Below are positions 31,616 through 40,900 of a DNA stretch of 64,000 nucleotides, in pieces. The position numbers and the translations under genes were made by a program. The DNA is from a bacterium (GTDB taxonomy: Bacteria > Ratteibacteria > UBA8468 > B48-G9 > JAFGKM01): the NCBI GenBank assembly GCA_023230585.1, contig JALNXB010000003.1, forward strand, positions 22,060 to 86,059. Direction: 5' to 3'. The first letter of the stretch is position 1. Each line of letters opens with the position of its first letter. A model generated the notes under the pieces. That model was given only the letters and a program-made list of their open reading frames with translations. It did not search any database and was not told the origin of the DNA.

Positions 31616-31689
31616 TACCCCTGGCCCGATTCGAACAGGCGACACACGGTTTAGGAAACCGTTGCTCTATCCATCTGAGCTACAGGGGC
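31616..31689 (-). tRNA. tRNA-Arg (anticodon CCT)
   Basis: The reverse complement reads GCCCCTGTAGCTCAGATGGATAGAGCAACGGTTTCCTAAACCGTGTGTCGCCTGTTCGAATCGGGCCAGGGGTA. It has a cloverleaf with a D-arm GCTC/GAGC, an anticodon stem ACGGT/ACCGT with loop TTCCTAA (anticodon CCT), and a T-arm GCCTG-TTCGAAT-CGGGC. A 7-bp acceptor stem has a G1:U72 wobble. No encoded CCA. Confidence 0.8.
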
Positions 31690-31799
31690 ATTTTTTTTGC
31701 ACTCAAACAGAAATATATATTTATATTTTACCACATTTTTTTTTTTTAGTCCTGCATCACCTAATATTTTTCTTAAAAGTTGAAAAAAAGATTAAATAA

Positions 31800-32030
31800 T
31801 ACAGATAGAAACGAAGGTTATTCCTCGGAGGTACTCGGACAAGACACAGTAGGAGAGGAATGTAAAGATTGTCCCTTATATGTCATTCCGGATTTATCCC
31901 AGCTTTTGCCTTCTACCCTTGGGGGAGAGGGATTAAGGGTGAGGGGGCTATAGAGAGGTTAATGGGATGAGTTTTATCCCTCGGGGATACTCTGGACAAG
32001 TCGCCGAAGGCGAAAAGGGATTGGGACATC
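31800..32030. repeat. Modular intergenic repeat, copy R5 (reverse-complement orientation)
   Basis: gggctatagagaggttaatgggatgagttttatccctcggggatactctggacaagtcgccgaaggcg is the reverse complement of modules B and D. tatgtcattccggatttatcc is an A-like module. Immediately downstream of the tRNA. Confidence 0.6.
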
Positions 32031-32036
32031 TATAAA

Positions 32037-32645
32037 TTAACTATTATTTGCTTTCGGCTTGCTTATTTCAATCCAACCACCATTCTTGTATGCAAAAAAT
32101 TCCCAGAAAATTTCTCCATTGACTCTTGACCCCAAGATTACTAAATGTTTTCTCATCGTTGAAAAATCATCAAAAACATCGGCTTTTTTGAGAATCTCAG
32201 CATACGCATTTAGATACACATCTTTATCCCTACCTTCTGGATAAGTAATGAGAACCTTAAGAGGGGAATTAAAAATGGATAGTTTATTCATCTCAAGGCT
32301 ACTATCCTTCATATTGTTTTCATGCTCAATGATTACAGGCAAGTATTCTGCACAAGAATAAGATGGATTCATCAATTCCTTTCCTTCTTTCTCGTAAAAA
32401 GTAGTGTATAAAACAGCATCCAATAACCAGTATTCCCTGTAATACTTCAATTCTAATCTCTCTACCACCATATACAGCAAACTCTTGTCGTCAGCTGTTT
32501 TTACAACCATATTCTTAGTAAAATTACCGGGATAATTCCATGAATCTATCAATAATTGCTCAAAATCTTTATCTTTTGCTGTGTTCTCTTTAGGTGCGTC
32601 TTTCTTTGGCTCAAGAGCATCCTCCCCTGTTGTGCTAAAAATCAC
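32037..32645 (-). CDS. Hypothetical protein (no recognisable family)
   Basis: 202-aa ORF with a charged N-terminus (DAPKENTAKDKD) and no TM or signal peptide. It sits between the tRNA/repeat and the IS element. Coding potential is judged from length and codon usage only. Confidence 0.35.
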   Translation of the reverse strand: MIFSTTGEDALEPKKDAPKENTAKDKDFEQLLIDSWNYPGNFTKNMVVKTADDKSLLYMVVERLELKYYREYWLLDAVLYTTFYEKEGKELMNPSYSCAEYLPVIIEHENNMKDSSLEMNKLSIFNSPLKVLITYPEGRDKDVYLNAYAEILKKADVFDDFSTMRKHLVILGSRVNGEIFWEFFAYKNGGWIEISKPKANNS

Positions 32646-32676
32646 ATACTTTAATACAATAAGTTTGGATTACCCC

Positions 32677-34630
32677 CTAGCGTGAGTTTCCCACTTTCAT
32701 AACATAAAATAATACAAAATTAAGTAAGGATAAGGGTTTCCGCTTATTTTTTATGTATATACTAAAATAAATAATTAAAACAATATTATATACTCTTAAA
32801 ATGCTTGTTATTAAAAAGAATAAAAATATATTTGACAAAATAAAAAGGTATGTATATACTAATGTTATTATGGCAACATTACAGAAGAAAAAAGTAAATG
32901 GCAATGAATACTGGTATATAGTGGAATGCAGAAGGATTAATGGCAAACCTCAACCTGTTGTGCTTGAATATATAGGCAAGGTAGAGAATTTATTGAAACG
33001 TATTGAACAACAACGTGATAGAACAGTGAAGAGTTTTTCTCACGGCGCAGTATTGGGGTTATTAAATGCAAGTAAAGAGATAGAATTGCTGAACATACTT
33101 AATAAATATTTTCCTAAACAGAAGCGGGATGGGCTTAGCGTTGGACAGACCATCTTACTGGGAGCAATTCACCGGGTTGTCAAACCTGCAAGCAAGAGAA
33201 GTTTTAGTCAGTGGGTAGAGACCACCACTTTGCCTGAACAATGGGGTTTTGATGTGCGACGGATAACCAGTCAGCATTTCTGGGACCAGATGGATAAAAT
33301 AAGACAAGAAGATATAGAAAAGATAGAGGAGGAGATAATCAGGACGGTAGATAAGAAATATAGGTTAAACTGGTCTATATTGTTTTACGACAGCACAAAC
33401 TTTTATACTTATATTAATACCAGCAACTCAAAGAATACCATCGGGCAACGAGGCAAAAATAAACAGAAGAGAGATGACCTACGGCAATACAATCTCGCTC
33501 TTTTAACCACGAAAGATTTTTTTCTACCCATTTTTTCGTATATCTATCAGGGTAACAAGAATGATGTTTCTATCTTTCCTGAGTATTTGGAAAAAATGCT
33601 GCAAAGGTTGAAAAGCATTGTCGGGCAGGTTGAAGAAATAACGCTTGTTTTTGACAAGGGCAATAACAGCTCGAAAGGAATGGACATATTAAAGGAAAAG
33701 AAACTTGGGTATGTGGGGACACTCTCTATTTATTCTCATTCTGACTTAATAAAAATCCCTTATAAAAAATATGAACAAATAGAATTAGCGGACGGTAAAA
33801 AGGTTCTCGTCCACAGAGCTGAAAAAGAATTATGGGGTAAAGAGCACAGGATAATAATTAAGAGAAGCGAAAAACTAAAAGACGGACAGATAAGAGGTTT
33901 CTTTTTAGATATAGATAAAAAAGTCAATTCCCTGGAGTTGTTGAAGGAAAAGCTGAATTCGCCTGGTGCAAGAAAAAGAAACAAAGAACAGCTTCAAGAA
34001 CAGATAAGCAAGATTATTTCTGGAAAGCTGCTCAAAGGAGTTATAAAGGTAGAAATAAAAGAATCTGCAGAGAATAAAAGTGGGTTTGATGTATTATGGG
34101 TGATTGATAAAAAAGCCCAGAATAAAATAATAAATGAAGTTTTCGGCAAAAAGATATTTTTCACCAACAGGATGGAATGGACAAACGAAGAAATAATTGA
34201 AGCATATCATGGGCAAAGTAAAATAGAAAGAATATTCAGGCACCTTAAAAATCCATATCATTTTAGTGTACGACCTCAATACCACTGGACTGACCAAAAG
34301 ATAAAAGTACATACCTTCATTTGTCTGCTGGGATTATTGATAAGCGAGCTTTTGAGAAAAAAACTCTTTGACGCCGGTATGAAAATGTCGCTGGAGGAAA
34401 TCATAGAACGATTATCCAATATAAGAAAATCAACCACAATCTATTATACGGGTAAAAAGGGTAGACCAAAGGTTGAAAGCCAGTTGGAATCTATGAGCGA
34501 TATAGAAGAACAAATGTGGAAAATAATACAAAAAACAGCAGTTTAGTATATACAAGTCAAAATTGCTGTGTTATAATTATATCAATGGGTTCGACGCTTT
34601 TTTCCTTCTAAAGTGGGAAACTCACGCTAG
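32677..34630 (+). mobile_element. IS1634-family (IS4 superfamily) insertion sequence, ~1.95 kb, with 21-bp perfect terminal inverted repeats
   Basis: The left end ctagcgtgagtttcccacttt (32677-32697) is the exact reverse complement of the right end aaagtgggaaactcacgctag (34610-34630). A single 581-aa transposase ORF lies inside. Confidence 0.75.
32801..34546 (+). CDS. Transposase, IS1634 family
   Basis: 581 aa. The N-terminal ...KKVNGNEYWYIVECRRINGKPQPVVLEYIGK... matches the characteristic IS1634 N-terminus (gk.Y.Ylv.s.r..gk.rq..l.ylG). Size and single-ORF organisation fit IS1634. The alternative start is MATLQKK (32870). Confidence 0.7.
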   Translation: MLVIKKNKNIFDKIKRYVYTNVIMATLQKKKVNGNEYWYIVECRRINGKPQPVVLEYIGKVENLLKRIEQQRDRTVKSFSHGAVLGLLNASKEIELLNILNKYFPKQKRDGLSVGQTILLGAIHRVVKPASKRSFSQWVETTTLPEQWGFDVRRITSQHFWDQMDKIRQEDIEKIEEEIIRTVDKKYRLNWSILFYDSTNFYTYINTSNSKNTIGQRGKNKQKRDDLRQYNLALLTTKDFFLPIFSYIYQGNKNDVSIFPEYLEKMLQRLKSIVGQVEEITLVFDKGNNSSKGMDILKEKKLGYVGTLSIYSHSDLIKIPYKKYEQIELADGKKVLVHRAEKELWGKEHRIIIKRSEKLKDGQIRGFFLDIDKKVNSLELLKEKLNSPGARKRNKEQLQEQISKIISGKLLKGVIKVEIKESAENKSGFDVLWVIDKKAQNKIINEVFGKKIFFTNRMEWTNEEIIEAYHGQSKIERIFRHLKNPYHFSVRPQYHWTDQKIKVHTFICLLGLLISELLRKKLFDAGMKMSLEEIIERLSNIRKSTTIYYTGKKGRPKVESQLESMSDIEEQMWKIIQKTAV

Positions 34631-34692
34631 CTAGCTCCGACTACTGGACTTTGTCCGAACCGTAGAGAAATTGATAAAATGACATAAGCTGT

Positions 34693-34902
34693 TTATATCT
34701 TAATAGTAAGCTTCTTGCGTGAATTTGCGATATTTTTCCAAGATATTTCGTTTTCATGTGCTAAGCGATCTAATACAATATCAACGCTTATTCTATGACT
34801 CTTAGCAAAGTTTACGACTTCTTGTTTGTTAGAGTTTTGTAAATAGTCATCATCTTTAGTGGTAGCGAGGATTTCACTTACTATTTTTATAGAAAACCTC
34901 AA
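34693..34902 (-). other. Small ORF (69 aa) carrying a methyltransferase-tail-like block; probable gene remnant
   Basis: Contains ILATTKDDDYLQNSNKQ, encoded by a ~55-nt segment (34821-34875) that is nearly identical to 37878-37933 inside the frameshifted MTase tail ORF. The rest of the ORF is unrelated. Confidence 0.3.
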
Positions 34903-35378
34903 AAAAGAATACCCCCGCGGTGTTCATCCCATTTAGCAAGCTGAATTTTGCGATTAGTCATATACTCAAGCATGTCTTCACGCTGATATTTATTTATAAT
35001 ATTGTTTAAATGCACACTTAACCCTTGGGGAGATATCAGAATTGCTTGTGAAGGTCTTACAAGCTTTGAATAGACAAGGATTTGAGCAAGATGAGAAAAG
35101 TTTAAAGCTCCATATTTCACCTCTATAAATATCAATCCATACTTGTCTTTTTCTTTTACAACGCCTAATAAATCAATTTTGATTTTATATGTAGGATAGT
35201 CCGGAAAGTTTTTTCGAAACGTAGTTTTTGTAAAAAAATCGCTCAAGTAGATGTTATGAACATCATGAACCGTAACCTCAGCATTCCGATTCTTATTTTG
35301 CAGATAATCACAAAACCATTTTTTCATCGGTACATATAAAACAATCTCTCGTTTGGAAGTGTTTCCCTGCCTATTCAT
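34899..35378 (-). CDS. PD-(D/E)xK nuclease-fold candidate protein
   Basis: 159 aa. IDLLGVVKEKDKYGLIFIEVKYG gives a D...E-V-K arrangement typical of restriction-endonuclease-like folds. No further family assignment is possible by eye. Confidence 0.35.
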   Translation of the reverse strand: MNRQGNTSKREIVLYVPMKKWFCDYLQNKNRNAEVTVHDVHNIYLSDFFTKTTFRKNFPDYPTYKIKIDLLGVVKEKDKYGLIFIEVKYGALNFSHLAQILVYSKLVRPSQAILISPQGLSVHLNNIINKYQREDMLEYMTNRKIQLAKWDEHRGGILF

Positions 35379-35624
35379 TTTCTGTAATAGTAATTAAGTA
35401 ATTTAAAAGTTCCCTCCAATGGTTAAAATGTCGCCCTCGAAGAAAAACAGGTAGTTTTTCTGAAATTTCCTCTTTATGTTCTGGTTTTTCTTTTATCCTG
35501 TATGCCTTTTTTTTTCCTGCTGAGCGATAAATCATATTGCGATTTTTACTCGCCAATTCTTTAAGTACTTTATCTTTATGATTTAAATAGGAGCCTACCA
35601 GGGCAAATTGATTTGCAAAGATTT

Positions 35625-36259
35625 TTATTTGATGTTCTTTCGCCCAAAAACCCTTTGCTTTTTTTGTTCAGGATCTCTAAAATTCGGATGTCCAAAATCT
35701 ATAGTATGTATTGGCATTTCAATGTTATATAACAACTTAGCTAAATCAGCAATAAGCAACCAATTTCTCTGATCTGCTTCCAAATATATACGATGTTGAT
35801 CTTCTTTTCCAAAAGCAGCATTAGATTTTCTGATATGTCCAGTTGTATCAAAGTATCTCCTTAAAAATTCTTTTTGTATCTCTTTGTCAGCTTCAAAAAT
35901 TGTTCTTGGAATTCTAAAGGAATGAAAATCCGTAAATTCATCATTCAAAAGATATTTTAAGATTAGCCATGATAAATCCTCTCTATGCCAAGTAATTATT
36001 AACGATACATCGTTTTTATTACGATTCTCTTTAGCAAGATCAAGACTATATTTACGTATTCTATTTACGACTACATCTAAGCTATTTTATAACTCCAAAG
36101 GCTTATTGTATACATCTTTATAGCTTTTAGCAACTAAATTTTTATATGGAAAAGTAATTACCAAGCGCCATATTTGTCCTTCCTTAACAAAAATCCCTTT
36201 CCCCACAATAAGCCCTAAAAGATACGCTATGTCCTCGTTAAGAAAATCAGCAAATTATA
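35625..36259 (-). pseudogene. Degenerate double-motif LAGLIDADG homing-endonuclease-like gene with internal stop
   Basis: The reverse-strand reading frame gives ...FADFLNEDIAYLLGLIVGKGIFVKEGQIW...KPLEL*NSLDVV...KEFLRRYFDTTGHIRKS.... The two blocks YLLGLIVGKGIF and FLRRYFDTTGHI match LAGLIDADG motifs 1 and 2, but the catalytic acidic residues are replaced (K, T). An in-frame TAA lies at about 36096. Only the distal 107 codons (35625..35948) appear as an ORF in the track. Confidence 0.45.
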
Positions 36260-36388
36260 TTGGTTTTTTTCAAATATCAAAAGATGAGGCTTCTTATCAC
36301 AATTTAAGCATTTTTCTAACTTCAAAAGAAATAAAAAACTTTCGCAAAATATTCTAAAATTTTTTTATGATGGTCAATGTTATCGTTT

Positions 36389-37768
36389 TTACTCTATTAA
36401 CTTATAACCTAACCATTTTTCAAAAATTTCTTTATTTTCAACTTTTAATTTTTTAGATTGATACATTTTAGAATAAATTGCTTTAATCTCTGAAATATCC
36501 TCGCTTGTTAATAATCTTTTTTCGAACATCTGATACAATGTATCAGAAATTTTATTTGTTAAAATTAAGGACCTAACATTGGAAATTCTTTCAATAAGAA
36601 AAAATATTTCTGGCTCAGAAATTGACTTGCCTTTGGACCATTGAAAGAAATATTTGAGTGCCTCTGTAATACCATTTACTCTGTTTTCGAAGCGAACTGA
36701 AGATAAGTAAATTTCCAATATTTCTTCTTTTGAACATACTTTTTCAAACCACAGAGCTAAAATTATTTCAACTATTTTTCGCCTAAAAGTTTTATTCATT
36801 TCTTTTATGAACAATGTTCTAACTAATTGCTGAGTAATAGTTGAACCTCCTGAACGACGTTTTTTTCCTATAATACCTAAAATAGCTCTTGCGATTGCTT
36901 TTATGCTAATTCCTTTATGTTTATAAAAACCACGATCTTCGATGAATATTAGATTTTTTTTAAATACTGTTAAATCAATTTTCATACGTTGAGTTTCATA
37001 CACTGCTAATTTAGCTCTGTAGATTACGTATTCAAAATCTTTTACAAGTCCTAAATGAAAACAACTAGCAAGTCTTTTAGCAAGACTTAATACTAATCTT
37101 TCATTTGTATCGTATAATGCGAAACGAAAAGAGAAAGAAATTACAATGACCCACAACATAAGAAAAATAGCAGCAAAGGTTATTTGATTACTTGGAGATG
37201 ACATAATACTAGATAATGAAACGAAATTTTTGATTATATGTGGCAAAATTCCATACAAAAGAATGGTCGAAGTTACACAAATTAGCCAAAAGGGATATGT
37301 AACATACGAAAACCAGCCAGGAAAAAGCTTTATGGCAAATGGATTAGTGGCTCCCTCTATTCTCCAATTAGGTAAAACTAAGTGCTGGGTGCCATAATAC
37401 AAACCTAGCATGTGTCTTAAAATGACAATTTTTCTTGAATCAAAAATTATTGACTTTTGCCTCTCTGCAAAATATCTTACCGTTAACCAAGAAAAAGAAC
37501 AAATTATAAATGTAAGAATTAATAACGTTTGTGTTGATAACGCACCATTAAAAAATTTAGTAGGATTGTGGAGAAAACTTACAGCTATTGAACCGAGCAT
37601 AGCAGATATTACGAGGATAAAATTTGCTGCGTTTAAAAATATTCGTTCTTGAGATTGAATATTTGCGGCACAATTTTCATATTCCTTAAGCAAAATATCT
37701 CTATCCGTAAATTTAGAAGCTGGATAATATTGTTGCCAATCAGCTTCTTTCTCTTTTAATTTGGTCAT
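36389..37768 (-). CDS. Polytopic membrane protein with C-terminal GT51 peptidoglycan-glycosyltransferase (transglycosylase) domain
   Basis: 459 aa. The N-terminal ~230 aa hold at least 6 predicted TM helices. The C-terminal part carries the diagnostic GT51 motifs EDRGFYKHKGISIKAIARA (EDxxFxxHxG) and GGSTITQQLVRTLF (GGSTITQQ), plus RRKIVEIILALWFE and EILEIYLSSVRF...ISEPEIFFL. It lies in an accessory/defense context, not in a cell-wall cluster. Confidence 0.6.
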   Translation of the reverse strand: MTKLKEKEADWQQYYPASKFTDRDILLKEYENCAANIQSQERIFLNAANFILVISAMLGSIAVSFLHNPTKFFNGALSTQTLLILTFIICSFSWLTVRYFAERQKSIIFDSRKIVILRHMLGLYYGTQHLVLPNWRIEGATNPFAIKLFPGWFSYVTYPFWLICVTSTILLYGILPHIIKNFVSLSSIMSSPSNQITFAAIFLMLWVIVISFSFRFALYDTNERLVLSLAKRLASCFHLGLVKDFEYVIYRAKLAVYETQRMKIDLTVFKKNLIFIEDRGFYKHKGISIKAIARAILGIIGKKRRSGGSTITQQLVRTLFIKEMNKTFRRKIVEIILALWFEKVCSKEEILEIYLSSVRFENRVNGITEALKYFFQWSKGKSISEPEIFFLIERISNVRSLILTNKISDTLYQMFEKRLLTSEDISEIKAIYSKMYQSKKLKVENKEIFEKWLGYKLIE

Positions 37769-37773
37769 AAATT

Positions 37774-37956
37774 TTAGGTTGAAGATTCATTTTCGATGGT
37801 TTGGATTTCTTCTTCGGTTAGGTCGTGGAGTTTATAGACAAGTTGGTCGATTTGTTTTTCGTATTCTTTAACTTTTGCTTGTTTGTTAGAGTTTTCTAAA
37901 TAGTCATCATCTTTAGTAGTAGCAAGGATTTTAGAATTATTCAAATCAATCTTCAT
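37774..37956 (-). other. Displaced C-terminal tail of the adjacent methyltransferase gene (separated by a +1 frameshift)
   Basis: The 60-aa ORF ends ...EKQIDQLVYKLHDLTEEEIQTIENESST. This is the canonical C-terminal tail of type IIG/Eco57I/PglX-class MTases (...IDrLVYeLYgLTeEEIkiVE). Its start overlaps the MTase stop (37946), and the frames differ by one nucleotide around ggaaatgaagattgattt (rc). Confidence 0.5.
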
Positions 37957-40900
37957 TTCCTAATAACCTAAACTCTAGTTCATAATTTTTTACAAATCTC
38001 AATTCTTCTTGACTAAGCCCATACAGGGGCGCAATGTAATCATCGATTCCATCAATATATTTTTTTGATTTGCTTATTTTATACTCCTTGAAGGAATCTA
38101 TATTTGCATAATTCCTTGTTGTTCTTATGCGCGCATTTTCTTCAACGCTTTTTAGATAAGTGACGTATAACTCTTTAATTTTTTTGATATTTTCCTTGCT
38201 TATTTTATTTAGGGGAATTGGAAATGATTCAACCTCGTACGATTTTAGATTTAAGTTATCGGAATAAATCTGATAAAACCAAAAAAATAAATTACTACTT
38301 AAAATTGCCCCCACAATGTCAGCTATCTCACTATCAAAACATATTTTTCTTTCCGCGGAAGAACCCGTAGAGTAGTTCGTAACGACTTTGAAATATCGCC
38401 CTCCAGCAAAACGATAATATATTGGTTTACCGCTGTCGTTTAAAAGATCTTTAATTTTTATTTTTAATTTGAGCAATTTTTTCAACATATCGATTTCGAT
38501 AGGTAAGCCAATTTTAGGATACCTTCCTCTAAGCTTATAATCTTTTACGTCTATAAATTGAAGGTTCTTCAATAAGTTAGCTAAATCAAATCTTTTTCCT
38601 TTCCTATACATTTTTGTTGTCATAATCTGCTCATTTCTTGCAAGCGTCTTAATAAAAAAAAGAATAGCTGTATTTACAACAGAATTTTCAAATATAGGCT
38701 GTGGTCTAACAGCGTAAGATGAAATTTTGATAATCCTGCAGTTTTCTTCCAAAAGTTCGTGTATATTTGCCATCGAATCGCTAGAAGTTATAGATATCGG
38801 TAATATGAAATTGAGACTGCCATTCTTTATTAGAATATTAAAGCCCATTTCAGTAAATATGACAAAGGTATCTGTAGAACCCCTTTGTCCTTCATAAGTT
38901 TTTGTGCTTTTATAGCGCATTTTAAAGAACTCTTTTTCCTGATTCGAATATTTAGCTCCATACGGCGGGTTTCCAATAACTATATCAAAACCACCTTTTT
39001 CAAAGACTTCTGCAAAGTAGAGTTTCCAGAGGAAAAACGGTCGTGTTTTATTCTTGCTGGTAAATTCTCGAAGTTGTTTTTCTATATTTTCTAAATCAAA
39101 GCCGGTTTTTTTAGAAAGTTTTTGTTTTTCTTTCGATATTTGTTCTTCGCGTGTTTTCTTGTTAGGAAGTATCTCATATTTCCTTTCAATGTCTTCTATT
39201 TGTCTAAAATAACCTGCTTTCTGTTTTTTTATTTTTGATTCAAAGATTTTTATCATCAAATCTTCCACTTCTTGTTTTAATTTATTTTTTTTATGTCTGT
39301 CGGATTCATTTTGAAAATCAAATTTCTTTTGCTCAAATTCTTTAATAATAGAGTCTGCCTTTTCTTCAAATCCCAACCCTGTCTGCTCTTTTTCTTCTCC
39401 GTTTTCTTTATCAAAATCTATCCCAAGAAATTCAGAAATCAGACTATTGCCCTGCATAATTTTAAAATCAAGGTTTGGCAATGCTTCAATCCCATAGTTT
39501 TCTTTTGTTTCATCAATTTTTTCATCTACAAGAAGAGAAATGAAGAAGCGTAGTTTAGTTATTTCTACAGCGATTTGCTGAATATCCACGCCGTAAATAC
39601 ATTTTTGTATTAAGTATAGTTTACGTCCATAGTCAGCATTTTTGTCTTTGAAGAATTCTTCAATCTGCTGTTTTGCAATTTTGCTGACCTGTAGGTCTGG
39701 TATTTTATTTGCGGCTGCGAGTTGTGCCTGTTTCCATAATTCGTTGTCAGGGTCAATTTTACCAAGGATAAATACCATCTTGTTAAGTGCGCCCATTGGA
39801 AAAGCACCTGAACCCACAGCCGGGTCAACAATTCTAACGCTTTCAATTAGTTCCGCAAGTTCTTTAGATTCAGATTTATTAAAAGGGTTTTCCTCTTTTT
39901 CTTTTGAAAACAAGGTGTCAAGTTTCCCGTCAATATTGTCTATTTCTGAAAGGTGTGTCTTGAAATACGCTTTAAGCGATTCTACAACCATATAATCAAC
40001 AATTTCTCTTGGAGTATAATAACTGCCGGTAGCTTTGCGAGCGGTAGTGGATGTCTCAGGATTAAAACTTGCCAGAAGATTTTCAAAAACCCTGCCCAGA
40101 AGTTCTGGGTCAAGAGCAATATCTGCATCGTCTGGAGAGTTTTCGTCAATAGTAAAGTTAAATGAAGATAAAATATTCAAAAGTCCCTGTACCTTATAGT
40201 TCTTGTTTTTAGTACCATAATCAGAGTTTAAGTCAATATTTTGCTCATCGCTGAAGAATAGAAAATTCGGGACACTCGGTTGATATTCTTGTTTTCTTTC
40301 AGTAAAACCATCTATGTAAATATCATTTGTACCATCATCGAGACAGTCAAACAGCCCACCGTTAAGAAACGGAATATTTCCAAAATATTCTTCCATTTTT
40401 TCAGAGTTTGTAAAAAGGTCATGGTAACGATATACGTATTGATTGCTGAAATCGGGATTATATCCTTTATACCCACGTATTTCGCTTCTGAACTGTCGTT
40501 CGCCTTTTTTGGTATTTAAGGTAGCGAAAAACAGGTTTTGCAAGATTGCCCGATAGTAAGTTGAATCGTCAGAATCAATGTTTTTAAGAATTCCATTGAT
40601 ATTTTCTTTTTCAAACAGTTCTTTTGGCATCAAACCTTTTTCCCGCATAAACCAGATAAAAATCATTCTTGTTATTAGCCGGATAATAGCAACATTCCTA
40701 CCATTATCTTCTACCTCGGCATCCTTGGGGAATCTGGAATTCTTAACCGCCCAGAAATACCAGTAAGCTATATCTTGGTAAAATTCCTTAGTAACCTTTT
40801 CTACAGAAAAAATTTCCTTAATTTTTTCCAGAGAAGAAAAATTACCTTCAGAAATTCTTTGAAGAAATGTTTTATTTGTAAGATCTTTACTTACAAAATA

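Noticed and set aside
31015-31647. The long version of the CoaC ORF starting at 31647
   Set aside because: It would run through the tRNA-Arg gene (31616-31689). The internal Met MRKNVVVG (31557) matches the canonical CoaC N-terminus.
36389-37768. Interpreting the GT51 gene as an ordinary housekeeping monofunctional transglycosylase (MtgA)
   Set aside because: Not excluded, but the 6-TM N-terminal domain, the AT-rich island context between an IS, pseudogenes and an RM-like system, and the lack of neighbouring cell-wall genes argue against a simple housekeeping role. It is kept as a finding rather than a routine annotation.
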